A DNA stretch of 64,000 bases. Source: Phycisphaeraceae bacterium. GTDB taxonomy: Bacteria > Planctomycetota > Phycisphaerae > Phycisphaerales > Phycisphaeraceae. Numbering within the stretch: position 1 is the stretch's first letter; each line of letters starts with the position of its first letter. The notes below the pieces were generated by a model. The model did no database searches and was not told where the DNA came from. It was given only the letters and a program-made list of their open reading frames with translations. The translations under genes were made by a program, and so were the position numbers. The DNA is taken from positions 4,608,001 to 4,672,000 of the forward strand of contig OY771506.1 in the NCBI GenBank assembly GCA_963674705.1, read 5' to 3'. Positions 49,101 to 60,500 of the stretch are shown piece after piece.

Positions 49101-49444
49101 TAGATGAATTGCATAAGCCATATGTCGTAACCGCAAGGGCGAAAGGCGTTCGACCGTTGAAGCTCTTATTGAAGTATCCGGTGCGGTTGGCACTGAATCC
49201 GTTTATCTCGGGCATCGGCCATCTGTTCCCACAACTGGTTTCCGGCGGCGCGATTGTTGCGATGGTTCTGGCGCTGCCAACGGTTGGTCCCATGCTTTTG
49301 TCCGCACTATTCAGTGAAGACATGTACCTGGCCGGCTCAATGCTCATGGTGCTCAGCACGCTGGGCGTCATGGGCACACTTGTCAGCGACCTGCTGCTGC
49401 TTTGGCTCGACCCCCGTATCCGCTACGAAGGGGGAACGCGATGA
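46157..49444 (+). CDS. Fusion of a family-5 ABC substrate-binding domain with a DppB/OppB-type permease
   Basis: GELPPLEERLP; LRKGLRWSDGEPFTADD; RNPYY...GNQLPYID; then YIGKRLLIMVPTL, GDMGRS, RIMRANLLDEL.KPYV.TARAKG and LDPRIR, all in one ORF. Confidence 0.88.
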   Translation: MNRTIKTFRSPIGWLVLVITGFGLVVWLMGWISRPELHESQIQYTQQEIDEAAEARDVTFDPDPAKLPVLHRDIVVTPKGESPILRAMVEAGELPPLEERLPDEPVVLDCVDGIGQYGGTWLRLATAMSDLDVITYRLSGAFLVRWSSLGYPIMPHLAKSIIPNEDKTEWVVTLRKGLRWSDGEPFTADDIMYWWEEEAKNAFVSSQPPQWMRQGDKSGRVEKIDTYRLRFVFPEPNGIFLESLTQAWRGPTETPRHYLAKYHPDPTVGDQAFIDQQVQAYGLPSARALYFFMKDYRNPEHPRLWPWIYRKYRANPPQVFVRNPYYYVVDVEGNQLPYIDRLQFDVMDEKLLGIRAAGGGVSMQTRHIKYRDYTEYMSRRETSGTRILHWYPATRSDFVIHPNHTRYVDPNDPATGWKAKLLADVRFRRALSLAIDRKAIIKAEYNNIVQPTQVAPGPQSPFHYEPLSKAYTEFDPDRANALLDELGLTERDAEGYRTFPDGSRMVFYFDFSPYTGEGPLQFIVSDWGDVGIRLIPRALSRRLFYTRKDAANFDFNVWSSESDYMPLLSPRYFVAVNTECFYAVNWGRWFSLGGYYGDEAANIRGASQPPPGHPMNQAYAAFESSIRQPTIELQKKHFNEAMEIAAQQLWAIGLADAPPQIVVTDNHMHNIPDIALFGVIFATPANAGIETYYFDNAESTQAVTQEVRDSLLHPQLRPHADITPQVDAPDTGYPWLRLLIRVTITATILLVILLVALRHPYIGKRLLIMVPTLFVISIAVFTIIQLPEGDYLTMRLIQLQESGDSQAEKEIEDLRTLFHFDEPNWKKYMRWMGITWFYTLEPSDMGLLQGDMGRSMETTERVNTLVGDRILLTFLISLGTILMTWLIAIPIGIYSAVRQYSYSDYALTLIGFVGMSVPGFLLALVLMAKADVSGLFSPEYAVQPQWSLGKCIDLLGHIWIPIVVLGVGGTTGMIRIMRANLLDELHKPYVVTARAKGVRPLKLLLKYPVRLALNPFISGIGHLFPQLVSGGAIVAMVLALPTVGPMLLSALFSEDMYLAGSMLMVLSTLGVMGTLVSDLLLLWLDPRIRYEGGTR

Positions 49445-50580
49445 ACAAAAACAGCAAGCCCAAACATCAAGCAGAAGTTGATGTCGGCGCACGCAGTCAG
49501 TGGCAGCTTATCCGCATCCGATTCGGCCAGCACCGGCTGGCGGTTCTATCCATGTATATCCTGATCGTGCTGTATCTGATCTCAATCGGCGCGGACTTTG
49601 TCAGCCCTTACCATCCAAGACGCGATGACCTGAACCACCCCTACTGTCCGCCACAGCTTGTTCGCTGGTCCTGGTCGCACGGCCTGCATACTCGTGCGCT
49701 GCAATTGGAAGTCGACCCGATCACATTCAGGCGGATGTATATCGAAGACCCGGAACATATCGTGGCGCTAGACTGGTTCGCGCAGACGGAGCCGTACAAG
49801 CTGGCGGGTCTATTGCCGTTAAAACATAAACTCATCGGTGTCGACCATAGCGATCCGGATAACGCAGCTTTACCTGAGCAGGCGACGCTATATCTGCTGG
49901 GAACCGATCGATATGGCCGTGATGTTTTCAGCAGGATTATCCATGGCTCACGTATCTCGCTATCCGTCGGTCTTGTCGGGATTACGTGCACGTTTATCTT
50001 GGGCATGATGGTCGGAGGCATCTCGGGTTATGTCGGGGGCAGAACGGATAACCTTATTCAGCGGGTGATCGAAATCATCAATGCGTTTCCACAGCTTCCG
50101 TTGTGGTTAGCGTTGGCGGCGGTGATGCCTGATGACTGGTCTGCGTTGAAGTCTTACTTTGCGATCACGGTGGTGCTCAGCCTGTTGAACTGGACGGGTC
50201 TTGCGCGCGTCGTGCGTGGCAAGATCTTATCGCTGCGTGAAGAAGACTATGCTGTGGCTGCGAAGTTACTCGGCGCAAGCCATGGACGAATCCTGTTCCG
50301 CCACCTGATCCCGGGATTTACCAGCCACATTATCGTGGCGCTCACGCTTAGTGTGCCGGGCATGATACTGGGTGAAACATCGCTGAGCTTCCTGGGCCTT
50401 GGGCTGCGTGCTCCAATCATCAGTTGGGGTGTGATGCTTCAGGATTGCCTGGATGTGCAAGCGGTGCGCTATTACCCATGGTTGCTGCTGCCCGTGGCTT
50501 TTATCATCGCAACCGTGTTGAGTTTCAACTTCCTCGGTGACGGCCTACGAGACGCGGCCGATCCATACAGCGTTAACTGA
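49441..50580 (+). CDS. DppC/OppC-type ABC permease
   Basis: [47 protein letters not shown] overlaps the upstream stop. Confidence 0.92.
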   Translation: MNKNSKPKHQAEVDVGARSQWQLIRIRFGQHRLAVLSMYILIVLYLISIGADFVSPYHPRRDDLNHPYCPPQLVRWSWSHGLHTRALQLEVDPITFRRMYIEDPEHIVALDWFAQTEPYKLAGLLPLKHKLIGVDHSDPDNAALPEQATLYLLGTDRYGRDVFSRIIHGSRISLSVGLVGITCTFILGMMVGGISGYVGGRTDNLIQRVIEIINAFPQLPLWLALAAVMPDDWSALKSYFAITVVLSLLNWTGLARVVRGKILSLREEDYAVAAKLLGASHGRILFRHLIPGFTSHIIVALTLSVPGMILGETSLSFLGLGLRAPIISWGVMLQDCLDVQAVRYYPWLLLPVAFIIATVLSFNFLGDGLRDAADPYSVN

Positions 50581-50617
50581 ATCAGCCATAAGCAGAACTC
50601 GTATCATTGTGCATGAC

Positions 50618-51946
50618 TTAAGGATGCTCCGGCAGAGCAAGCAGGTCATCAATACGGACGGGTTGCCCGGTTTGCATCGATATGTTTGCTGCTGCGCCAA
50701 CCAATAAGGCCGCGGCGCCGTCCCAATGTGACGCATCACGACCGAGGGGGTCATGCGGGTATTGATCCTTGGGTGTAAATATCTGTTTGAGCACACCGGC
50801 ATCAGCGCCGCCGTGGCCTCCACTCACTTCAGGCACTTCGATATCCCTCGGTGGCTCGAACATCCGTTGTAATCGGACGTAAGATTCGCCCACGTATTGC
50901 TCCTTGTCGAGTTCGGCATCGCTTTGACCCCGGATGATGTGGCCCGTACCGCGCGAGAAGAGTTCGACCTGCCCTTCCGTGCCGTTGATGATGGCTCGTT
51001 CACCTTCCCAAGGGCAATAAGCTATTAAAGAATAGCTCAGGATCGCACCATTGCGATACCTGGCGAGCACGCCCATCGTATCTTCGATAGTGACGTGATC
51101 ACCGAAGACGTTGCGGTCGCGGATGTAGCCGGTCTCCTGCTCGGCATCGAGGTATAAGCCTTTGAGTTCCGTCCCGAAGAACGTACCGTCAAGCGTCAGC
51201 GCGAAGGGGTCGTCCTTGGCATTTTCGACGCCGGTGTATCGGTTGTAATCGTATGTCTTGCCGCGCTTTCGTGCATTCTCTCTGCCGTAGAACTTCAGGT
51301 CGCTATAGCTCATCACAGACTGGGGCCATGAATTGATCCAGAAGTTGACCAGATCGAAGTGATGGCTGGCCTTGTGTATCAGCAAGCCTCCGGACTTATC
51401 TTTCTCACTGTGCCAACGCCGGAAGTAGTCGGCCCCGTGGCTGGTATCCAGATACCATTGAAGATTAACCGAGGTCGGCCTGCCGATCGCTCCGGATTGA
51501 ATGACTTCACGCATAACTGAGGCGTCCGGGCGATACCGATAGTTAAATGTCACACAGAGGTCTCTGCCGGTTCTTTCGACGGTATCCACAATCCGCTGCG
51601 CCTTTACGGCATCAGTCGTCATGGGTTTTTCTGTTACTACATCGCATCCGTGCTCCATGGCCCGGACGATGTAATCATCATGCGTACAGTCCATGCTTGT
51701 AACGATGACGGTGTCGGGCCTGGTCTGTTCCAGCATCTGATCAAATGCGTCCGCGTGAAACATGGCGGCGTCTTTCAGGCCGTAGGCATTGGCCAGATAA
51801 TCCGTCCAATACTGCATACGGACGCGGCTGATATCACACATGCCAACAAACTGACTGTAGGCGGAAAATTCACCGAAGATCGCGTCCAGATACATCCGGC
51901 AGCGTGAACCCATCCCGACGACTGCATAACGTTTTCGCTCAGACAT
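50618..51946 (-). CDS. Gfo/Idh/MocA oxidoreductase (YteT-like)
   Basis: YAVVGMGSR; VVTEKPM; FNYRY; HGADYFRRWH; HKASHHFD; GGHGGAD. Confidence 0.88.
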   Translation of the reverse strand: MSERKRYAVVGMGSRCRMYLDAIFGEFSAYSQFVGMCDISRVRMQYWTDYLANAYGLKDAAMFHADAFDQMLEQTRPDTVIVTSMDCTHDDYIVRAMEHGCDVVTEKPMTTDAVKAQRIVDTVERTGRDLCVTFNYRYRPDASVMREVIQSGAIGRPTSVNLQWYLDTSHGADYFRRWHSEKDKSGGLLIHKASHHFDLVNFWINSWPQSVMSYSDLKFYGRENARKRGKTYDYNRYTGVENAKDDPFALTLDGTFFGTELKGLYLDAEQETGYIRDRNVFGDHVTIEDTMGVLARYRNGAILSYSLIAYCPWEGERAIINGTEGQVELFSRGTGHIIRGQSDAELDKEQYVGESYVRLQRMFEPPRDIEVPEVSGGHGGADAGVLKQIFTPKDQYPHDPLGRDASHWDGAAALLVGAAANISMQTGQPVRIDDLLALPEHP

Positions 51947-52046
51947 ATAGAACTCCTTGCTGGTAATACGCTATTTATACCTTATAATTACGTCCGTTAG
52001 ATAGTAACGTATTTGACATTATCGCTCATTTATTTGGCTATTGCGC

Positions 52047-52829
52047 ATGCTTAGGTACCTTGGTTACGGTTTAAGGGATTATGCAAAAACACCGCTGTTG
52101 CCGATGCGCCGCGAGGCCTGGGAATTCCAAGCGGTAACCGCGGGGCAGTCGGCGCCGATCTCGGATATCAGTGATTCGCCTGATCTGCGCAGCACGACAT
52201 TGTGGGTATTTCCGCCCAGACATCTGCACGGCTGGACCGGTCGTAAAGGTAAGCCCTGCCGTATTTTTGTGGCACATTTTGATGTTGTCTCGCCGGCATT
52301 GAATACAGGCGATGCGTTCAAGGTGAAACTCACCCGTCTGGAGACGAGGCGTCTTGATCGGATGGGCGAGGAGCTTGCACCCCACTATCACAGTCCGCAT
52401 TCACAGAGCCATCTTCATATCGAGCGGTGTAAAAATGAACTTACCTTGCTGGCGCTTAAACAGACCGAGTCCGTACCGATCCGCTACGACCAGCAGCGCG
52501 TCGAGGCGGCGGTGGCGTGGTATCATCAGAACATGTCCAAGCGTGTGACGGTCAACGATATGGCCGACGCTTCGTTTGTTTCGGTCGCTCACCTGCGCAG
52601 ATTATTTATCCGCTACCGCAAGAAACCACCTCAGAAGGTCATGAGAGATTTACAGATACATAGAGCACAAGAACTGATGATGACAACTCAGTTATCATTG
52701 TCAGAAATTGCTTCGGCCTGCGGATTTTCTTGCCAGTCGGTTTTTTCCCGGAGTTATGAAGACATGACAGGACAGGCGCCTTCCAAATGGCGTAGTGCGC
52801 TGCACGAACCTGCAATGAAGCAGTCTTAA
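52047..52829 (+). CDS. AraC-family transcriptional regulator
   Basis: Cupin-like N-terminus; SVAHLRRLF; LSEIASACGFSCQSVFSRSY...P.KWR. Confidence 0.88.
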   Translation: MLRYLGYGLRDYAKTPLLPMRREAWEFQAVTAGQSAPISDISDSPDLRSTTLWVFPPRHLHGWTGRKGKPCRIFVAHFDVVSPALNTGDAFKVKLTRLETRRLDRMGEELAPHYHSPHSQSHLHIERCKNELTLLALKQTESVPIRYDQQRVEAAVAWYHQNMSKRVTVNDMADASFVSVAHLRRLFIRYRKKPPQKVMRDLQIHRAQELMMTTQLSLSEIASACGFSCQSVFSRSYEDMTGQAPSKWRSALHEPAMKQS

Positions 52830-52883
52830 CGTCCCAATTAGCACACATTCACAATCGTTTGTTCAGTTCGTAAGACATCAAAG

Positions 52884-54146
52884 ATGGATTCAAACATGAT
52901 TAAACCCACGCTGCTTGGCATCGAACCGTCTTTTGGCTTTGGTGATCGGTTAGGACTGGCATCGCCCGGGCACCTCGAAGCGCTCAAACAGTACGGCGGG
53001 CCGATCCGCGGCATCTTCGCACAGCAGTCGATTCGCGAGATGACACGGACCGACCGTACACCAGAGCAGGTCATGTCGTGTGCTGCCGATGCGATCAAGG
53101 ATGCGGGGTTCGATCAGCCATGGGGCGCGGATGCCGACCACCTTAAGACACATGACGACGTAGACCGCACAACAAAGGCCGGGTTCGTTTTCTTCACCAT
53201 CGATCCATCCGACAATGTCGACCAGCAGGCTGACAACTACGATGCTGATAAGATCGAAAGCCTGTACCAGGCGCCACAGTGGGCGGAGCAATATATGGGC
53301 AAGCGTGTTTCGCTTGCTTGCGGCACGGCCATCGAGTTTGATGAATTAACAATCAAGCGGGCCGCGGTGAAGTATGCCAAGGCGATCGTTCACGCGATCG
53401 AGATGGCAGGTTATATCAAGGAAACCACCTCCAAACTCAACCAAGGTCACGAGATCGAGATCAGCGTGGATGAAACCGAGCAGCCGACCACACATGCTGA
53501 GCATTACATCATCGCGGATCAGCTCATCAAAGCCGGCGTGAATCTCGTGTCACTCGCGCCGAGGTTCATCGGCAACCTTGAAAAAGGGATCGACTACATC
53601 GGCGATGTGAAACAGTTGGAAGTCTCATTGAAACAACATGCCGAGATTACCGAGATGTTGGGGCCTTATAAGCTGAGTCTGCATTCGGGTAGTGATAAGC
53701 TGTCGATGTATCCAGCATTCGCACGGGCGACGAAGGGACGATTCCACGTTAAAACAGCGGGGACCAGTTACCTGGAAGCGTTGCGTGTGGTTGCTATGGA
53801 GAATGAGGCGCTTTTCCGCCGCATCATTGACTTCAGCCGACAGCGTTACGACACCGACAAGGCTACTTATCACGTGCATGCAACCCTCAAAAGCGCACCA
53901 CCACAAGCAGAGGTAAAGAGCCTGGAAGAACTCGAATCGCTATACTTAGAGCGATGGGAAGATGTTGCTCCCAATACGGGCTTCACGGCACCGGGCAGGC
54001 AGATACTGCATTGCACTTTTGGGTCTGTCTTAACAGATAAATCACTGAGCACGGAGCTTCGCCAGGTACTGCAAGAGCACCCGGAAACTCACAAGCAGAT
54101 ACTTTCCGAACATTTTGTAAAACATCTGGATGCTCTCACGTACTAA
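52884..54146 (+). CDS. uxaE: Tagaturonate/fructuronate epimerase
   Basis: SFGFGDRLGLA.PGH; AQQSIREM.RT; WGADADHLK; EISVDET; SLAPRF.G..EKG.DY; KLSLHSGSDK; HVKTAGTSYLEALR; RQILH.TFGSVL. Confidence 0.9.
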   Translation: MDSNMIKPTLLGIEPSFGFGDRLGLASPGHLEALKQYGGPIRGIFAQQSIREMTRTDRTPEQVMSCAADAIKDAGFDQPWGADADHLKTHDDVDRTTKAGFVFFTIDPSDNVDQQADNYDADKIESLYQAPQWAEQYMGKRVSLACGTAIEFDELTIKRAAVKYAKAIVHAIEMAGYIKETTSKLNQGHEIEISVDETEQPTTHAEHYIIADQLIKAGVNLVSLAPRFIGNLEKGIDYIGDVKQLEVSLKQHAEITEMLGPYKLSLHSGSDKLSMYPAFARATKGRFHVKTAGTSYLEALRVVAMENEALFRRIIDFSRQRYDTDKATYHVHATLKSAPPQAEVKSLEELESLYLERWEDVAPNTGFTAPGRQILHCTFGSVLTDKSLSTELRQVLQEHPETHKQILSEHFVKHLDALTY

Positions 54147-54559
54147 GCTCGGCAGTTTAAAACCAATCACAAGCCAAGCATTCTTTTTAACGATGAGCTG
54201 AAGCAAGTGGTCTGCTGTTTTATCGAGCGTGCATAGCCTGATCGAATATCCCATTCGGGACTTCCGGGTACAACGGTCCGAACACAGATCGCTAAGAGAT
54301 TACATCATTTAACCATCTTAATATCTGCATATCAATACGACTGAGACACATCAGTGTCATTTAAAACTTGGGTATTTGGCCACCACTTCCTTGTGCGCAA
54401 CGTTATTATGGTTAGTATTATATGCTGGCACGGTTGATGGGCGGGACCATTGATCTGTGATTGAACTAAGTACAGCATCTTGTGCTTCTGCATGTCTGTT
54501 ATTCCCTTGCGTGTCATTGCCCCCGGGTAGTGGCTTTTTGTTTACTACTTGGAACTGAA

Positions 54560-57500
54560 ATGAAACCTGCTCTCGTAAGATATACCACCCCCACCATACT
54601 CGCGGCGGGTAACGATGTTGTCGATGGGGGGATCGGCAGCTAATGCGGATTTGTATCTGATTAACACGGATACGATGACCGTCACGCGTGATGGCGTGCT
54701 CTGGGACTTCGGCGGGCAACTATCTTCGGCTGGGATCATCAACGGCAAGGCAACGTATTATCTCGGTGGCAACCTCGAACTAGGCGCCGGCGATGTGCTG
54801 CGGGGGATCGGCTCACGCCCCGTGTCATTTAACGTCGGTAACGACATGATCGTTTCACCAAATGCCACGATCGATTTTTCAGCGGTAGGCACAACCGCCG
54901 GCGCAGGCGGCGGCGACGGCGGCATCGGCGGCAGCGGCGGGTTCGGCGGCACGGGCGGTGAAGGCGGCGCGGGCGGCGGCGTGCAGTGGGTGCGCGGCGG
55001 CGGCGCGTTCATGTTCTTCTTCGGCGCTGCCCCCCCACCGGTGCCGGGCCTTGATGGTCACTACGGCGAATCAGGCTCCGCAGGCAGCGCGGGCCACGAA
55101 GGTTACGCGGGCCAAGCTGGCGAAGCCGGCTACAACAACATCGCCCCACTCGCCGCAGGTGGTTCCCCCGTCTACGACGACACGACCTACACCAACACAG
55201 GCTACGGCGGTAACGGCGGACTCGCCTCAAAGTATTGGCCCGACGTGCTCCCCACATTCCTGGGCGGCGATAGCAAAGACGGCGGCCCCGGATTCATCGG
55301 CAACACAGGTTCCACCGGCGGCACAGGCGCAACCGGGGGCAACGGTTACGGCGGCCAGTTCCTCGCCGACCCTTCCAACACCTTCGATCTCGTTGCCGGC
55401 AATGGCGGTGGTGGCGGCGCGGGTGGGCAAGGTGGTGACGGCGGTGGTGGCGGCGGCGGCGGCGGCGGTGGCGCGGCTGGCCAAGGCAATTGGGCCACGG
55501 TTATCGTTCCCCCATTACCCCCGTCCTTTATCCCCGGCTGGAACTTTGCAGGCTTCGGCGGTAGCGGTGGACCCGGCAGCGACGGTGGTGACGGCGGCTT
55601 CGGTGGCACAGGCGGCCAAGGCGGTGATGGCGGCGCGGGCGCTGGGGCTGTCGAGTTCTTCGTACAAGGCAACATCACATTCAACGGCAGCGCGGAAGCC
55701 AACGGCGGTAACGGCGAAGCCGGCAGCGTTGGTTCGATCGGCCTGCCCGGTTACACACCTGGTGAATACAATGAAGCAGGCAACATCGCTGCGATTATCC
55801 CCATCCCCGGCGTGCAAACCTTTCCCGGCGGTATCATCGGGACAAGCCCCTTCCTTGGAGGCATCGGCGGGATCGGCGGCGTCGGCGCTTACGGTGGTGA
55901 TGGCGGGCAAGGCGGGACGGGCGGCATCGGCGGCGGCGGGTCCGGCGGCACAATCAAGCTCGTTGGCACCAGCGTCACCGGCGCGGGTGATGTGAGTCTG
56001 ATCGGTGGATTGGGCGGTGACAACGGGACAACTGAAGATGACGGCCAGGCCGGGCGTTTCCTCGTTGGCAGCAACACCGTCGCGGAAGGCAGCAGCGCGA
56101 TTGGCGCACTTGGCGGTAGCGCCACACTCGACGGCAACGACACCACCACGCAAGCAGGCACACGCGCAGTCAACCCGATGATCGCCGACGAATCTTCCGT
56201 CCCCACCATCGCGGGCCTCATCGGCGGCGCTGAAACTTTCGGCTTCACGGGATTGAATGCCAACGATATCTACTTCGGCGCAGACAGCCTCATCGATCTC
56301 ACCCACAGGAAGCATTCGCCGGCGTCGCACGCCTCGACCTCGGCCCCGGAACCTACGGCAACGATTACATCGGCTACGACATGCTCCTGCTGTTCGAAGC
56401 CAAGGGAACGCAACTAAGCAACCCCATGCTTGGTATCGGTGAGGAAGATTATCTTGTGCCGATGCTCAACGGCGGATGGTCCAAGGACCTGCTCTTCGGT
56501 GGCTCGGGTGACACGGCTGTTACGACGATGAACGGCTTCGATGTCTACGCTACGCTGATCCCCGAAGATGCCGAATGGTTCAACTTCTCAGTCGACTCGG
56601 GGGGTGTGATCCTCTCAGCGAAGCAACAGATCCTTAACGATGGTGAGCTTTTCTTCGTCACAAGTTCGCCCGATGTTCCGGTGCTTGATTCGACATGGAT
56701 CGGCGCAAGTGGTAACTGGTCCAACGCATCTAATTGGTCCATGGTCTTCAACGAAACCGGCTTAGCGCCGACCGGCTTGGAAGATCCGGCCGTGCCGGGC
56801 GTGCCGTCTAACAGTGCGGCGTATGCATACAACATCCACATTGATCAGGATGTCACCGTTAATACCGACATCACCATCGCTGTCGATCAACTCAACATCG
56901 GCGCAGATGACACGCTCAGCATCCAGGGCGGCCAGGCGCTGACCATCGAACGCTTCGCCGTCCGCACCGATTCGGGCAAGATCAATAACGACGGCGTCAT
57001 CATGCTCGACGGCTCGGTCGGCAGCACCGCCCGGATGTATATCAGCGGTCCCGGCCTGATGCTTGACGGAACCGGCACACTCACGACCACGAACGATCAA
57101 GCCAACAACATCATCGCGGGCCTTCGCAAGGGTGATTCTCTGACCCAGTTCGCCGACCACACGATCGACGCATCGGGCCTTCTCGGTAACGACAAGCTCG
57201 TGATGACCAACCACGGCTCGATCTTCACGAATGGTGGACTCACCATCGATCCTGCCGGCGGCTACGATCGTTCAAGTGCCGCGTTTACCAACACGGGCCT
57301 TGTGCAGGTCGACGGCGAGGGCAACTATAATTCACGCCGCATCACCCTAAGTGACGGCTTCTTCGTGAATGAGTCGGGCGGCACCATGGAAGCGGTCGAC
57401 GGCGGACGACTCGAACTCGACGCCGCACGCCTGCACAACGATGGGACGATCCGTATCGACCCCACGTCCAGCCTGCTCATCTCCGATGCTGTACTCACCG

Positions 57501-60500
57501 GTAACGACATCGTGTTTGAGGAGGATGTCAACGGCCTCGCAGAGCTACATGTCAGCGGCGGTCAGTTAATCAACGGCACACACCTGCTCGCCCCCTTCAT
57601 GAGTATCGGTGGTAGCGACGTCATGAATATCGACGGCGGCAAGATCGGCGGATTATATGCGGGCAGCTATGCTTCTTACACGGATATCGGCAATTCGACC
57701 ATCACGGGCGGCGAACTGGATGGCGAGTTGTACGCCTCCACAACTACATTCAAGAATGTCACGCTGTTGTCCGGAGCTTACTTCGATGGCAGTAATATCG
57801 GATTTGCTGGACGCATCGACAACCAGACAGGCACCGACCCGCTGAATCCTTACGGCTACTTCTATACCAACGATGCACAAATCGTCGAAGATGCCACGTT
57901 CGCCGGCGAGGGGAATATGAAGTCGAATTCCTCTACGGCAGCGGCAACGACGCCGCTCCAAATACCCTGACTATCGCAGCGGAATCCACACTCCGGCTCA
58001 ACTCAGAAGCTCGCGACGGCCTGATCATCAACAACCAGGGTACACTCGATGTCATAACGGATGCCTACCTGGACCCGGCGGGTAATCAAAGCAGTTCCTT
58101 CGCGGGCCTGCGTAACTCAGGCACGATCAGCAACAGCTACGGATTCCTGTATATCAACGATGGCATTATTGACAACACGGGCGGCGTGATCGACAGCACG
58201 TACTCCGAATTTGATGGCGTCACGCTGATAGGCGGTACGTACAACGGATACATTTCGTTTACCGGCTCCTCGACCAGCTACGTTGTCGGGACAACCTTCC
58301 AGGATTCACAGGACACCTCGTCCTACATCGAAACCGAATCCGACCTCGTCTTGGAAGACGTTACACTCACTCAGCCGACGGAAATCTACGGCTGGAACAG
58401 CACCGCCCCTTCCGCCGTCGTGCTGAAAAACAAGCTCAATATGGATGGTATCGGTTCACTGAAGGTCGACAGCATCACCCTGGCGTTCGACAACGACTTC
58501 ACATTCGACGGCCAAGGCAGCTTGCTTGCAAGCGCAACGAGCCTCATCTCCAACAGCGCCGGGCCCATCAAACTCACGATCGGCGCGCAGTTCACGCTCG
58601 ACGGCACAGGTAACGCCACGTTTGAAGGCAACAACTGGGGCGCCGACTCGATCGAGTTCGAGATCCACGGCACGATCGATGGCAACGCCTCGGTGATCTC
58701 CCTTGACCCGGCCGGGGACATGAATGCCGCATCCCCCGGCATCGTCAACCGCGGTGTAATCAAAGGCACTGAAGTCTATATCGAAGATGCCAACATCGAT
58801 AACCGCGACGGTGTGATCGGTGAAGACCTCGGCACGGTTTACCTATCCGGTGTCAACATCGTGGGCGGTGAGTTGCGGAACTTCTCGTTCGATGAAGGTG
58901 GCCTTGGGTTCAACAACTACTTGCCGGAATCCCGGCTGGAGAATGTCAGGCTCGAAGGGTACGGCGATACTTACAATGACCTTGATCTCACCCTCGCCGG
59001 CACCATTGAAAACAACGCAGATGTGGTATTCGGTGGCACCACAAACAACATCATTATCAGCGGGTCTGTCCAATTCACCGGCTCCGGGATCATGACCTTC
59101 GAGTCAGATACCAGCTTCAGCAGCCTCTCCGAAGACGACACACTGATCAACGAAGCGGGTCACACCCTCGACTTCTCAAATGCATACAACTCGTTCGAAC
59201 TGATCCAGGGTTCACTCAACTTCACCAACAACGGCACCATCATCGTCGGCGAAGCCAGCCTGTCGGCTTCTTTCTCGACCGAGCTACTCCCCGCCGGCGC
59301 ACAGGTCCCCGACCTCAGCGACCCGGAAAATCCCGATGCGGTCATGACGCTGACCGAAGACACGGAATACATCGTCCCACGCACGCTTAATAACAATGGA
59401 AACCTCCAGGGCTTCCTGCTGGATGTCAACGACACCGCGATCCGCAACGCCGGCACGATCAGTGTCGACGATCTCTACCTCAATAGATCATCCCTGATCA
59501 ACGACGGCGGCACCGTCGAGTCATTAAGCATCCACCTGGATGGTTCGAGCACCATCTCCGGTGGAGCCATGCTCTATCCGTACATTGAGGTTACGGATTA
59601 CAACCTGACAGGCCCGGCGGGTATCGCCTCTATCGATATGGGTGAAGCCTACATCACCGCGCACGCCGAGGTCGAGTTCGGTGGCATCGTTTCCAACATC
59701 GATTTACTGGAACTTTATAACGACGCGGGCGATGTCCGGACCGTCACCATCGAAAACGCGGACACCGTCGTCACCGTAAATGAGATCTCAGTCGGGACGG
59801 GTCGTGTGCAGCTTTCGGCGGGCGTTTTGCGTACAAACACGTTCTACAACGGGACAAGTGCTTCCGTGCTTGACTGGACAGGCGGAACGTTCGGTGTGCT
59901 TGAACAAACCGTCGAGCTTGGTTCAACCAAAACCTTCGGCACGCAGATGGATATCACGACCGGCAAAACGCTCGAAGCGCCGATGGGCATCGCGATCGAT
60001 GCCGGCGCCACGCTGAATATCGGTGCGGGCGACCTGCAAACGCCGAGTATCGTCAATAACGGGCAGGTGAATGTCGGTCTGGAAGATGCCAATGGCACGT
60101 TCGATCAGCCGATCACCGGAACGGGCGCACTTGCCAAGCAAGGCGGCGGCACGGTCTACCTGACCGGTGCGAACACCTACGCCGGTGGAACAACAATTCA
60201 AGGCGGGACCCTCGAGGTCGACACAAGCGAAAACCTTGGCGACGCAGCAGGATCGATCACCTTCGCCGGCGGTAACCTGCGGGTCTTGGGCGCTGATACC
60301 GGCGCAACATCGCGCGTGATCAGCCTCAACAATTCCACCACGATTGATATCGTCGATCCCGACGCCGTGTTCGAAGTGAGTAGCGCAACGAACAATCTGC
60401 CGACCAGCAGTTCATTTACCAAGAGCGGCGAGGGCACACTCAATTATCACGCGCCGCTTTACATCTCACGGGGCACACTAAGAAACAACGATGGCGAACT

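Noticed and set aside
54147..54559. AT-richer intergenic region as a possible island boundary or att site
   Set aside because: No tRNA, integrase or flanking direct repeat was seen; it is compatible with an ordinary promoter region.
54958..56330. Ala-rich and Pro-rich alternative-frame ORFs (345, 271 and 118 aa)
   Set aside because: They are frame and antisense by-products of the GGC-rich glycine repeats.
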